From: Bdellovibrionales bacterium
GTDB taxonomy: Bacteria; Bdellovibrionota; Bdellovibrionia; Bdellovibrionales; UBA1609
Direction: 5' to 3'
Length of the DNA stretch: 64,000 nucleotides
NCBI GenBank assembly: GCA_965242635.1
Contig: OZ251471.1
Location: forward strand, 1,227,388 to 1,291,387
The notes beneath the pieces are model-generated. The model had not been told where the DNA came from, did not search any database, and saw nothing but the letters and a program-made list of their open reading frames with translations. A program made the position numbers and the translations under genes. Positions 8,267 through 16,862 of this stretch are shown here, piece by piece. Every line of letters begins with the position of its first letter. Position 1 is the stretch's first letter.

Positions 8267-9712
8267 TTATAAAAAGCTTTTGTAATTTTTTATGGTGAAA
8301 GGCTCAAAGTCCTTTAACTGGGACTGGACCTGTTTCGCATTGGTCAGGATGAGAGTTTGTATTTGATCTGTTTTCAGATGTTTTTTTATGGCCTTGTTTA
8401 CCTCCTCCAAAGTGAGACCTTCCAGTTTTTTAAAAAACTGATCAACATAAGTGTAAGGAATCCCCTGGCTGTTGAGGTAAAGCAAATACCCTGCAAAACT
8501 GTCGACAGTGGACACCTCTGTAATAAAGCTGTTTTTTAAAAGTTGTTTGGCTTTTTTCAGTTCCTCCCCTGTAATGCCGTTTTTGTGAAAATCCTCTATT
8601 ACACCCATCATTTCCAACAAGCCCGTCCCCAACTTGTTGTTTCTGACGGCCATGCCGGCTTTAAAGGCCCCCAATTCTTTTTTGGCAGAAAAAACAGAAT
8701 ATACATGGTAGGTCAGGCCCTGTTGTTCCCGAATGCGGGTGGATAGCCTTGAACTGGAAGAGTGGCCCAAAATCACATTGCCCGACATGAGGGCCAAAAA
8801 GTCCGGGTGCGATCTTTTGACAGATATATGCCCCATTCTGATCTCTGACTGAATGGCAGAAGGCTGATCCACAATCAACAGGTTCTTTTTTGCCGACTTG
8901 ATTTTAAGCACCTTTGGCTGTTTTGTCTGATCTTTTACATCCGTTCCGGCTTTCCACTGACCAAAGAGGCTCTCCAATTGAGCGACAATATCTTCCGGGT
9001 GTCGCCCAGCCACAGTCATAACAGCATTCTGAGGATGAAGACGACTCTCGTAAAATTTTTTGATGTCCTCAAGCTTGAGAGTGGCCAGACTTTTCAGACT
9101 CCCGTTCACATAAAAGCCATAAGGGTGCGGTTCATACAGGTACTGGTTAAAAACGCGGTTGGCATAAAAAGAAAAGCTCTCCGGGCTTCTTCTGGCCCAG
9201 CCGAGGGCTTTCTCCTTTGCTCTTTGAAATTCCTCCTCAGAAAAAGCCGGTGTTTGGATAATTTCAGAAAAAATTTTCAACAGGTCCTTGTGCAGATAAG
9301 GAAGAGTGCCAATGGAGAAAGCCAGACCGTCACGGGTCAGATTATAGGCAAACCCAGCCCCCAACACTTCCAGGTCCTCTGTCACTTTTGTGGCTGAACG
9401 GTTTTTTGTGCCCTTGTCCATAAGCTCCGCCAGCAGGTAAGTCAGGCCCTCCTTCCCTTGCGGATCCGGCCCGGTTTTAAACAAAATGTCAAAAGTCAGG
9501 GAAGGCAAAGCCTCTTCCTTTATCAGCAAAACCTCCATCCCATTGGAAAGGCGGTGCTGGGTGTAAGAATAAGGTTTATAATGAACAGACCTGCACATAA
9601 TCTCTCTCCCATAAGCCACATACAAACAGGTGACCACAACCACAGCCAAAAGACAGAAAAATACCCAAAAGGGGGCCCTTCGCAAAAGATAAGGCATGCT
9701 TTTATGTCCCAT
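8267..9712 (-). CDS. M16-family peptidase-like protein (no obvious HxxEH motif; probably the non-catalytic partner)
   Basis: It has an N-terminal TM/signal segment and M16 N+C domain-like organisation. It is adjacent to the HxxEH-bearing paralogue. Confidence 0.8.
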   Translation of the reverse strand: MGHKSMPYLLRRAPFWVFFCLLAVVVVTCLYVAYGREIMCRSVHYKPYSYTQHRLSNGMEVLLIKEEALPSLTFDILFKTGPDPQGKEGLTYLLAELMDKGTKNRSATKVTEDLEVLGAGFAYNLTRDGLAFSIGTLPYLHKDLLKIFSEIIQTPAFSEEEFQRAKEKALGWARRSPESFSFYANRVFNQYLYEPHPYGFYVNGSLKSLATLKLEDIKKFYESRLHPQNAVMTVAGRHPEDIVAQLESLFGQWKAGTDVKDQTKQPKVLKIKSAKKNLLIVDQPSAIQSEIRMGHISVKRSHPDFLALMSGNVILGHSSSSRLSTRIREQQGLTYHVYSVFSAKKELGAFKAGMAVRNNKLGTGLLEMMGVIEDFHKNGITGEELKKAKQLLKNSFITEVSTVDSFAGYLLYLNSQGIPYTYVDQFFKKLEGLTLEEVNKAIKKHLKTDQIQTLILTNAKQVQSQLKDFEPFTIKNYKSFL

Positions 9713-9796
9713 TTCCAGTAAACCTCCCTGCCAGCTTGAGGAACCGGGAAACTTTAACCACTATCGATAAAACAGACAAGGGGCAGGAGCTTTTTT

Positions 9797-11434
9797 TCAT
9801 AATATTTTTTCCGGCACAAGCTGAACCACAGACACTTTTTTGTCATTTAAGTAAAGTCGGGCGTTTTCCCGAATACTCTCCGCTGTCACATTTTCATACT
9901 CGCTCAGAGAATGAAACAACTGCCGGTGATCGCCAAAATAAGCTGTGTAATGGGAAAGGGAGTTGGCTTTTCCGGAAAGCGATTTAACTGCAGAAACATA
10001 ATCATTCATAATCATTCGGGCACTTTTAAGCCTTTCTTTTTCACTGATGTCCGAAGTCCTGGCTTTTTGTATCTCCGCCATAATCAGTTTTTGAGCTTTG
10101 TTCAAATCCCCTGTGGGAGTCATTTTCACCACCACCAAAAAGATACCTTCGTCTTTCATATCATAGTAAAAACCGCCAACAGACAGAGCCAGCTTGTGCC
10201 GGTATACCAAGAGCTTGTGCAAACGGCTGGATTCCCCACGGGTCAAAACCTGATTCAGCACATCCAAAGGGTAATATTTTTTGTCACCGGCCTTGGGGCC
10301 TCTGTAAGCCAGAACAAGAGTGGGGGCATGAATGGCCCTTTTTATTCGAATGTTTCGGGGTTGGGTTTGTGCCGACACTTTATGAGTAACAGCGGGAGGA
10401 AGTTCTGAAGGCTTTAAGGCACCGTAGTATTTCTGAATCCACTTTTTGGCTTTTTTGGAATCAAAGTGCCCGGCCAAAGTGAGAATGGCGTTATTGGGGG
10501 CATAATGGGTCTGGTAAAACTTTTGACAGTCGGTCAGTGTCATGGTCTCCAGATCTTTCATCCACCCAATAATAGGCCTTCCATAAGGGTGGGAGGGAAA
10601 AATCAGTTTCATCAGAGGTTCCAAAAACTCGTTGGGGTTGTTGTCGGTTCTCATTCTTCGCTCTTCTTTTACCACTTCTATTTCCTTGTTCAGGTTTTTT
10701 TGGTTCAGCTGAAGACTGTTCAGCCGTTCCGCCTCCATCTTCAGCACGGTTTTTAATTCATGGCTGGGAAGCAGAACATGGTAGGCTGTCAGGTCCCGGT
10801 TGGTCCAGGCATTGTTTCTGGCCCCCATGGATTCCAGTTTTTCTTCATACTCCTCCCCGGTGTATTTTTTGGTGCCTCTGAACATCATGTGTTCAAACAA
10901 ATGGGCCAGTCCGGTTTTGCCCTCCACTTCATCTTTGGAGCCGGTTTTGATCATGAGCTGATGATACACCTGAGGCACACGAGGATCCTCATGCAACAAA
11001 ACAGTCAGCCCGTTTTTAAGAGAATACTTTTCCACTTCCAAGTGGATAAGACCCTGTTCTTTTGAATTGGTTTGGGCTGTTACATCAGTGGTTTTGTCTG
11101 CTTGTATTTGTTTCATCCCGGTTTGGTCCTTTTGTGTCCCCTCTTGTGCGGGCTGGTTTGTTGTATCTGTCCCACTTTCCGCCACACTTTCAGGGCCTGA
11201 TCCTGAGCTTTTTTTTTCTGTCAGGGGGGAGGAAAAAGCCCTTATACTGATCGTGTTTGAAAATTCATGGTTCAAATTTCCCGGACAGGAGGGAAAAACC
11301 TCACAAGCGACACCTTTTTCAAAAGGCAGACCCCTCGGGGCAGGTTCTGCCTGCCCCGTGCCAGTTTGGTTTAAAGAAAACACAAGTGACCCTGTGTAGA
11401 CAAGCCAACTCACAGTCCATAAAAAAAAAGGCAT
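9797..11434 (-). CDS. M16-family zinc peptidase (pitrilysin-like)
   Basis: HLFEHMMFRGTKKY is the HxxEH zinc motif. I chose the start at MPFFLWTVSW (signal-like). The track ORF extends to 11530 but overlaps the upstream lipoprotein gene. The N-terminal region reads through interspersed element copy A. Confidence 0.85.
   Translation of the reverse strand: MPFFLWTVSWLVYTGSLVFSLNQTGTGQAEPAPRGLPFEKGVACEVFPSCPGNLNHEFSNTISIRAFSSPLTEKKSSGSGPESVAESGTDTTNQPAQEGTQKDQTGMKQIQADKTTDVTAQTNSKEQGLIHLEVEKYSLKNGLTVLLHEDPRVPQVYHQLMIKTGSKDEVEGKTGLAHLFEHMMFRGTKKYTGEEYEEKLESMGARNNAWTNRDLTAYHVLLPSHELKTVLKMEAERLNSLQLNQKNLNKEIEVVKEERRMRTDNNPNEFLEPLMKLIFPSHPYGRPIIGWMKDLETMTLTDCQKFYQTHYAPNNAILTLAGHFDSKKAKKWIQKYYGALKPSELPPAVTHKVSAQTQPRNIRIKRAIHAPTLVLAYRGPKAGDKKYYPLDVLNQVLTRGESSRLHKLLVYRHKLALSVGGFYYDMKDEGIFLVVVKMTPTGDLNKAQKLIMAEIQKARTSDISEKERLKSARMIMNDYVSAVKSLSGKANSLSHYTAYFGDHRQLFHSLSEYENVTAESIRENARLYLNDKKVSVVQLVPEKIL
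11241..11376 (-). repeat. Interspersed modular element, copy A (full length, in frame in the 5' part of the M16 peptidase ORF)
   Basis: The gene-sense strand reads TTAAACCAAACTGGCACGGGGCAGGCAGAACCTGCCCCGAGGGGTCTGCC TTTTGAAAAAGGTG...GAAATTTGAACCATGAATTTTCAAACACGATCAGTATAAG. The hairpin module is near-identical to copy B. Confidence 0.85.
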
Positions 11435-11447
11435 GATACAAGTGCTC

Positions 11448-12191
11448 TTATTGGGTTTTTGGTTCTTCGGGGTTGGGGTTAGAGGCAGGGTTGGGATCAG
11501 GTTCAGAGGCAGGGTTGGAGTTAGAGGCAAGGTTGGGATCAGGATCAGAGGCAGGGTCGGGATCAGAGGCAGGGTCGGCTGGAGGAGTTATTTTTTCATA
11601 AGGCCCCTGAGCCTCCACCAATTCCAGGGCCTCCGGAGAACAGGGGGAAACAGGATATACAGCAGGCGTCAACAGGCCCCCTATGCCACTGATATTGTAA
11701 TGGGCCGGTTGTGTGAGAGCCACCTCCAAAGAGCGAACCTCCTCGCATTTGGCTGACTTGCAAACGCCCACCGCCACAGGAAAAGCACTGGCCGGCACCT
11801 CCACACATCCTTCACTGACCTGCATGTCTATAATGAAGTGGGTTAAGGTCACAGGGCCGTATTTCGTGGGTGGAATAATATAGCCTTCCCCTGTTTTCAG
11901 GCTTTGCAGGTAAAGGGAAGCCCCTGACACTTCAGTTCCATCATACTCCTGAAAATCATTGGTAAAAGTGTAAAAAGATTCTTCTGCCGGCATTATGTCG
12001 CCTGTGGCTGGATCGGCAGGAGGATCCTGGGTGGAATCCTGTCTGGAAACATGGGGCTGGGATTCACATGCCAGCAGAAAAATAAAGATATATCCCAAGT
12101 AAAAGGCCTTGGCCTTTATTTTGTGGTTGAGGCCAAGTGCTTTTAAAGCCCCTTTGAGGAGCATACTTATGTGATTTGTCATAATTTCCAT
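11448..12191 (-). CDS. Putative lipoprotein with a C-terminal Asp/Asn-Pro low-complexity tail
   Basis: ...YIFIFLLACESQ carries a lipobox (LLAC). The tail is DPASDPDPASDPDPNLASNSNPASEPDPNPASNPNPEEP. The start is uncertain (M at 12191 or 12182; the track ORF extends to 12254). Confidence 0.6.
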   Translation of the reverse strand: MEIMTNHISMLLKGALKALGLNHKIKAKAFYLGYIFIFLLACESQPHVSRQDSTQDPPADPATGDIMPAEESFYTFTNDFQEYDGTEVSGASLYLQSLKTGEGYIIPPTKYGPVTLTHFIIDMQVSEGCVEVPASAFPVAVGVCKSAKCEEVRSLEVALTQPAHYNISGIGGLLTPAVYPVSPCSPEALELVEAQGPYEKITPPADPASDPDPASDPDPNLASNSNPASEPDPNPASNPNPEEPKTQ

Positions 12192-12461
12192 CCTTTCTTT
12201 AGAGATCCGTGGCTGAAATAAAAAAACTTCATTTGTTGACAATAAACCAGTCAAAGATGAAAAACAAGCTTTATTTCACCCAAAAGGCATGGTATCCTCC
12301 AAAATCACCGAATCAGGGCCTGCCAAGCCGGATTTTATCAAACTTTAGTCCTGATTCAGGCGGATTTTGACTTTCAGAGTGTAAAAAGTGAGCAAAAACC
12401 AGGCTTTTGCCTGATTTGGCTATCGTAACTTTCAGGGGTTTTTTATAAAAAATCAAGGGTT

Positions 12462-13829
12462 ATGTCCATGAGCACACATTTTGACCTTATTATAAGAGGG
12501 GGCAAGGCCCTGCTCTCCCATCCCCAAAACCCCCATACTTTGGTGGAAGAGAGTGTGGATATAGGGATTAAGGCCGGCCGGATAGCCAAAACAGGCTCTC
12601 TCAGCCGGGCCACAGCGGATACTGTTTTTAAGGCTGAGGGCTTGTATATTTTGCCGGGGCTGATAGACACGCAGGTGCATTTTCGGGAGCCCGGCGGGGA
12701 GCATAAAGAGGATCTGGCGTCCGGCAGTCGCTCTGCCTTGTTGGGAGGCCTGACCGCTTTTTTTGATATGCCCAACACCCGGCCCCCCACGGTGACGGCA
12801 GGAGCTTTGGACGACAAAATCCAAAGAGCCAGTGGCCGATCTTACTGTGATTTTGCCTTTTTTGTGGGTGCTCAGCCGGAAAATCTCTCCTCTTTAAAGG
12901 CTTTGGCTCACAAGGAGCATTGTCCAGGGGTCAAGATCTTTATGGGCTCCTCCACCGGAACTCTTCTTCTGCATAAAGAGGAGGACATAGACCATGTTTT
13001 GCACCATGTTCCAGTGCCTGTGGCAGTGCATAGCGAGGATGAAGAACGACTGAGGGAAAGAAAGAAGCTGGCTCTGACGGAACCAGGGAAAGTGGAGCTT
13101 CATCCCAAGTGGCGGGATCCGGAGTGTGCTTTAAGGGCCACCCAAAAAATAATCCGCTTGTGTCGAAAAAACAAAAGGCGGGCACATATTTTGCATGTCA
13201 CCACAGAAGAGGAAATGGCCTTATTGGCTCAAAATCAGGCATACGCCACAGTGGAGGTGACACCACAGCACTTGAGCCTTAAGGCCCCGGAGTGCTATGA
13301 GCATTTGGGCACAAGAGCACAGATGAATCCTCCCATAAGGGAGGAAAGACATCAAAAGGCCCTTTGGCGGGCAGTGGAATCAGGTGTGGTGACCATGTTG
13401 GGATCCGACCACGCCCCTCACACTTTGGAGGAAAAACAAAAAGTGTATCCACATTCTCCGGCTGGCATGCCGGGGGTACAAACCCTTTTGCCGGTGATGC
13501 TAAACCATGTTCATAGTCAAAAGCTCAGTTTAAAGAGGCTGGTGGAGTTATTGGCCGTAAACCCTCATCGCGTTTACGGACTGAAAGACCAAGGCCTGCT
13601 GAAAGAGGGTTTTAAAGCCAATGTAACTGTTGTGGACCTGAAAAAGAGGCAAAAAATCAAAAGCCAGTGGCTGGCCTCCAAGTGTGGATGGTCCCCTTTT
13701 GAAGACTGGGATATAACAGGCTGGCCGGTGGCGGTTTTGCTTAACGGGGAATGGGCCATGAGGGAAAGCGAAATCCTCGGCGGTCCCAAAGGCCAGGGCC
13801 TTGTGTTCACCCGTCCCTCCATTCTCTGA
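12462..13829 (+). CDS. pyrC: Dihydroorotase (amidohydrolase superfamily)
   Basis: GLIDTQVHFREPG metal-binding motif, later ...VAVHSEDE... and GSDHAPH, about 450 aa in total. Confidence 0.88.
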   Translation: MSMSTHFDLIIRGGKALLSHPQNPHTLVEESVDIGIKAGRIAKTGSLSRATADTVFKAEGLYILPGLIDTQVHFREPGGEHKEDLASGSRSALLGGLTAFFDMPNTRPPTVTAGALDDKIQRASGRSYCDFAFFVGAQPENLSSLKALAHKEHCPGVKIFMGSSTGTLLLHKEEDIDHVLHHVPVPVAVHSEDEERLRERKKLALTEPGKVELHPKWRDPECALRATQKIIRLCRKNKRRAHILHVTTEEEMALLAQNQAYATVEVTPQHLSLKAPECYEHLGTRAQMNPPIREERHQKALWRAVESGVVTMLGSDHAPHTLEEKQKVYPHSPAGMPGVQTLLPVMLNHVHSQKLSLKRLVELLAVNPHRVYGLKDQGLLKEGFKANVTVVDLKKRQKIKSQWLASKCGWSPFEDWDITGWPVAVLLNGEWAMRESEILGGPKGQGLVFTRPSIL

Positions 13830-13917
13830 TATTTTGTCATTTTACATGTGTGTAAATTTTATATCCCTTAAGGCTACCCACCTTGACAAAAGTCCTGTTT
13901 TCCCTTATAAAAAGAGC

Positions 13918-15570
13918 ATGATACAAAAAAGCAAGTCAGCACTCTTTTTTCTTGTCACAGCCTGGTCCTTTTGCCTCCATGCCGTGGAACCACAAAATCT
14001 TTTTCCTCCCATAATGGAAAAAGAAAAGAGCCGGTTTCTCAACGGGGAGGGCCGGGTGCACCCTCATATTGTCACCACCACAGGTCTGGCCCTGTTGGCT
14101 CAAAAATATTATAAGGGGGATATCCCCAAGGCCCGTAACAGAGGGCGAATGATACTTCAGGCCTATGGCCAAAATCCGGAGCTGTTGTTTTGGTTTCCCG
14201 TGGACATGGACTCCAAAACTTTTTTTAAAAAACAAAGACGGCTTTACAATGAGGATGACACATTAAAGGAAATATACCGCCACCCTGAGGGGCAGGCCCG
14301 CTATGCCAGCCAATGGCATAAAAATGACATGTATTCGGCTTATGAAGAGGGGCTTTTGCTGTTAAAGATCCCCAAAATCTCTTTGTTGTTTCCGGAAGGA
14401 CAGCCCTTTCCCAATCAGTTAAGCCTGCTTTTGCCGGTGATGACAGGAAATATATTTACAAATATCCAAAGGGCCATTTCCACCTACCCTGAAAAAGCTC
14501 TTTTCAGGCACCTGGGCTGGACCACTTCTCCTTTATTGCATTCGGCCAGAACATGGCAGAACGAGAGAAGATTCTTTGTGGATCGAAAGGGGCAGGTGAG
14601 GCCGGAGTGGCAGGACACGGCGGGGCAAATCCAATACGCCAGACAACACACCGAAGGAAGTATGCAAAGAGCCTGGGAAAAACAACTGTATGTCTTTGGA
14701 GAAAGCCCGGCCCTCAACTGGCGTCCCTCTTTTTTTGTTTCCGCCGATCAGGCGGAAGAGATAATAACCAGTTTTTTGGATGACAACAAACACCTTAAAC
14801 TTCAGTATAGGGGGACCTGGATCGGTGATACTCTTTATGCCGTTAAACACACCGCTGGAGATTTAAACCAGGCCTTTAAAAATTCCCTGTATCTTCCCTC
14901 TCATCTTCAACAGGCTCTTGATTGGCATAGATACGCTGGTTCTGTGGAGGATCGAAAAAGAGATCAGGATTTTATCAGAAAGAATCCGGGTATGCCGGGT
15001 CTTTTAAAGTTGGCCCGTTTTCATTATAAAGGACAGCCCATAAAGGCTTATCGAAATGCTCTGGCCATTTTTAAAGGAGATAAAAAAAAACTGCAAGAGC
15101 AAACAGGCTATCTCCCTTTTTATAACCATGTGGAAACCTTTGGAACAAATAACACCATCCCTTTTTATGAAAGAGACAAAAAAAACCTGATTCAGGAAAA
15201 AGGCAGGCTTAATTCCCTTTACAGGGGCCTTAAGGGCTATGTTCGATTTGCCAATGAGTACTATGCAGGAGATATGCACACTGCTTATTATAATGCAAAA
15301 GCTGTTTTGGAAAACCGGTTTTCAGAAAATGGATGGATTTTATTTCCCGGCACCACCACTGAATTTCAGGAAATGGCACAACATGAAAAATCTTATGGAA
15401 ACAAGGTGACCGGTTTAAAGGTCCGGTTGGTGGAATCCTTTATGAAAGCCAATAATCTGATTTCCCATTACAAAGGGGACATGGAGGCAAAAGTCCATGC
15501 CTTTTTAAAAATAAAAGAAGCAGAAAAAATAAAACACAGTGCCCTTTGCGAAAACAGGGGTTTTATTTAA
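13918..15570 (+). CDS. Secreted hypothetical protein with a 7-fold internal motif
   Basis: It has a signal-like N-terminus (MIQKSKSALFFLVTAWSFCLHAVEP) and the recurring motif [YH]-x-G-[DS]-[MLI]-x-x-A-[YFW]. The track ORF starts at 13801, inside the pyrC 3' end. Confidence 0.6.
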   Translation: MIQKSKSALFFLVTAWSFCLHAVEPQNLFPPIMEKEKSRFLNGEGRVHPHIVTTTGLALLAQKYYKGDIPKARNRGRMILQAYGQNPELLFWFPVDMDSKTFFKKQRRLYNEDDTLKEIYRHPEGQARYASQWHKNDMYSAYEEGLLLLKIPKISLLFPEGQPFPNQLSLLLPVMTGNIFTNIQRAISTYPEKALFRHLGWTTSPLLHSARTWQNERRFFVDRKGQVRPEWQDTAGQIQYARQHTEGSMQRAWEKQLYVFGESPALNWRPSFFVSADQAEEIITSFLDDNKHLKLQYRGTWIGDTLYAVKHTAGDLNQAFKNSLYLPSHLQQALDWHRYAGSVEDRKRDQDFIRKNPGMPGLLKLARFHYKGQPIKAYRNALAIFKGDKKKLQEQTGYLPFYNHVETFGTNNTIPFYERDKKNLIQEKGRLNSLYRGLKGYVRFANEYYAGDMHTAYYNAKAVLENRFSENGWILFPGTTTEFQEMAQHEKSYGNKVTGLKVRLVESFMKANNLISHYKGDMEAKVHAFLKIKEAEKIKHSALCENRGFI

Positions 15571-15576
15571 GGGGGT

Positions 15577-16587
15577 GTGATGCGTTGGGATTTTCCTCTG
15601 GCTTTTTGGCTTTTTGTTCCCTGGTCGGCCCTGGTTCTTTATTATTTTTTAAAGGGCCGGCGAAAAAAGAGCACCTTTCGGATAAGTGCCCTGCCAACAG
15701 AGCACCGGGCATGGCGGTCCCGTCTGAAGGAGCTCCCTGACATATTGCAACTGACGGTGTTGTTCATTTTAATTCTGAGTCTGGCCCGACCCCAAAGTGT
15801 GGATAGCCACATCGACCGGAGCGTCGAGGGGATAGATATTGCCATTGTGCTGGATATTTCTGATTCCATGCTGGTGGAGGATATGGAACCGGGCAATCGC
15901 ATCGATTCCGCCAAACAGGTAATTAAAGATTTTATCAGCGGGCTGGTATCCGACAGGGTGGCCCTGATCGTGTTTTCCGGCGAATCCTATACCAGAGTGC
16001 CTTTGACACTGGATTACGGGGTGTTGTTTCACAGTATAGATGAAGTGCGAGTGAGTCATTATGACCCTCACATTAAAAAAGGGACGGCTATCGGGGTGGC
16101 TTTGGCCAATGCCGTGGCCCGGCTGAGAAAGTCCCAGGCCAAAAGCAAGGTCATGGTGTTTTTAACTGATGGGGAGGACAATGTGGGGGTGATCACCCCC
16201 CAGACCGCTTTGGATATAGTCAAACAATACAAGATAAAGGTTTATACCATAGGTGTGGGGGGGGCACCTGGCCCGGCCCGCATTGGTCGGGAGATAAAGG
16301 ATCAGACAGGCCGTAAACATATTTTGTATCAAAGTCTTGAAACCAAAATCAATGAGGCCCTGTTAAAAAAGATAGCGGAGGAAACGGGGGGAAAATACTT
16401 CCGGGCCAATAACAAAAAGACTTTGGAGTTTATTTTTTCAGAGATCAGCCGGCTGGAAAAAAGCCCCGTGACAGCCACCCATTTAAAGCAGTATAAAGAG
16501 CTTTTTCCCGGCTTTTTGGAGAAGGCGGTTTTGCTTTATCTGCTCTCTCTTTTGCTGTCCTTTTCTTTTTTTTGGAAAGTGGTTTGA
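15577..16587 (+). CDS. VWA domain-containing membrane protein (BatA-like)
   Basis: An N-terminal TM segment is followed by the MIDAS-type motif DIAIVLDISDSM, later VMVFLTDGEDN, and a C-terminal TM segment. Confidence 0.8.
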   Translation: MMRWDFPLAFWLFVPWSALVLYYFLKGRRKKSTFRISALPTEHRAWRSRLKELPDILQLTVLFILILSLARPQSVDSHIDRSVEGIDIAIVLDISDSMLVEDMEPGNRIDSAKQVIKDFISGLVSDRVALIVFSGESYTRVPLTLDYGVLFHSIDEVRVSHYDPHIKKGTAIGVALANAVARLRKSQAKSKVMVFLTDGEDNVGVITPQTALDIVKQYKIKVYTIGVGGAPGPARIGREIKDQTGRKHILYQSLETKINEALLKKIAEETGGKYFRANNKKTLEFIFSEISRLEKSPVTATHLKQYKELFPGFLEKAVLLYLLSLLLSFSFFWKVV

Positions 16588-16614
16588 TTTTTGAACCGAC
16601 CCGGCCTATACTCT

Positions 16615-16677
16615 CTGGACCAGGCCATGTGCTGGACCAAGCCATGTGCTGGACCAAGCCATGTGCTGGACCAGGCC
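16615..16677. repeat. 17-bp tandem repeat (about 3.6 copies)
   Basis: CTGGACCA(G/A)GCCATGTG is reiterated head to tail in the batA-ftsH intergenic region. Confidence 0.9.
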
Positions 16678-16862
16678 CTTGGAAAAATTATACTGATTAA
16701 GGTGTGAAAATCCCAGCTTTTAAGGAATTTATGGCTGTGGGGCCAAAAAACAGGAACAAAAAAGGGGGGTTGTGGTAGCTTTTACTCCCTGAACCAAGCC
16801 CTGTGATCTTAAAGAAAGCATGGTTTTCAGACAAAGACCTTAAAAAAACAGGAACAAAAAAA

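Noticed and set aside
9736-11530. The N-terminal extension MPLTPTLPLNLIPTLPLTPTPKNQKPNK... of the M16 peptidase ORF, and plus-strand ORFs 9911-10408, 10466-10756, 10760-11065 and 11067-11399
   Set aside because: The extension overlaps the upstream lipoprotein's repeat-encoded tail and is a by-product of that tandem repeat; a signal-like start exists at 11434. The plus-strand ORFs are antisense shadows of the peptidase gene.
11433-11808. ORFs 11433-11756 (GRVGIRFRGRVGVRGKVGIR...) and 11596-11808
   Set aside because: They are antisense or alternative-frame readings of the Asp/Asn-Pro repeat and of the lipoprotein gene. The periodic sequence is explained by the DNA repeat.
12255-12461. The pyrC upstream region with scattered GAATCAGGGCCTGCC / CCTGATTCAGGCGG / GCCTGATTTGGC similarities (possible attenuator or PyrR-type site)
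   Set aside because: The matches are short and imperfect, and I cannot recognise a known pyr attenuator structure, so it is too weak to call.
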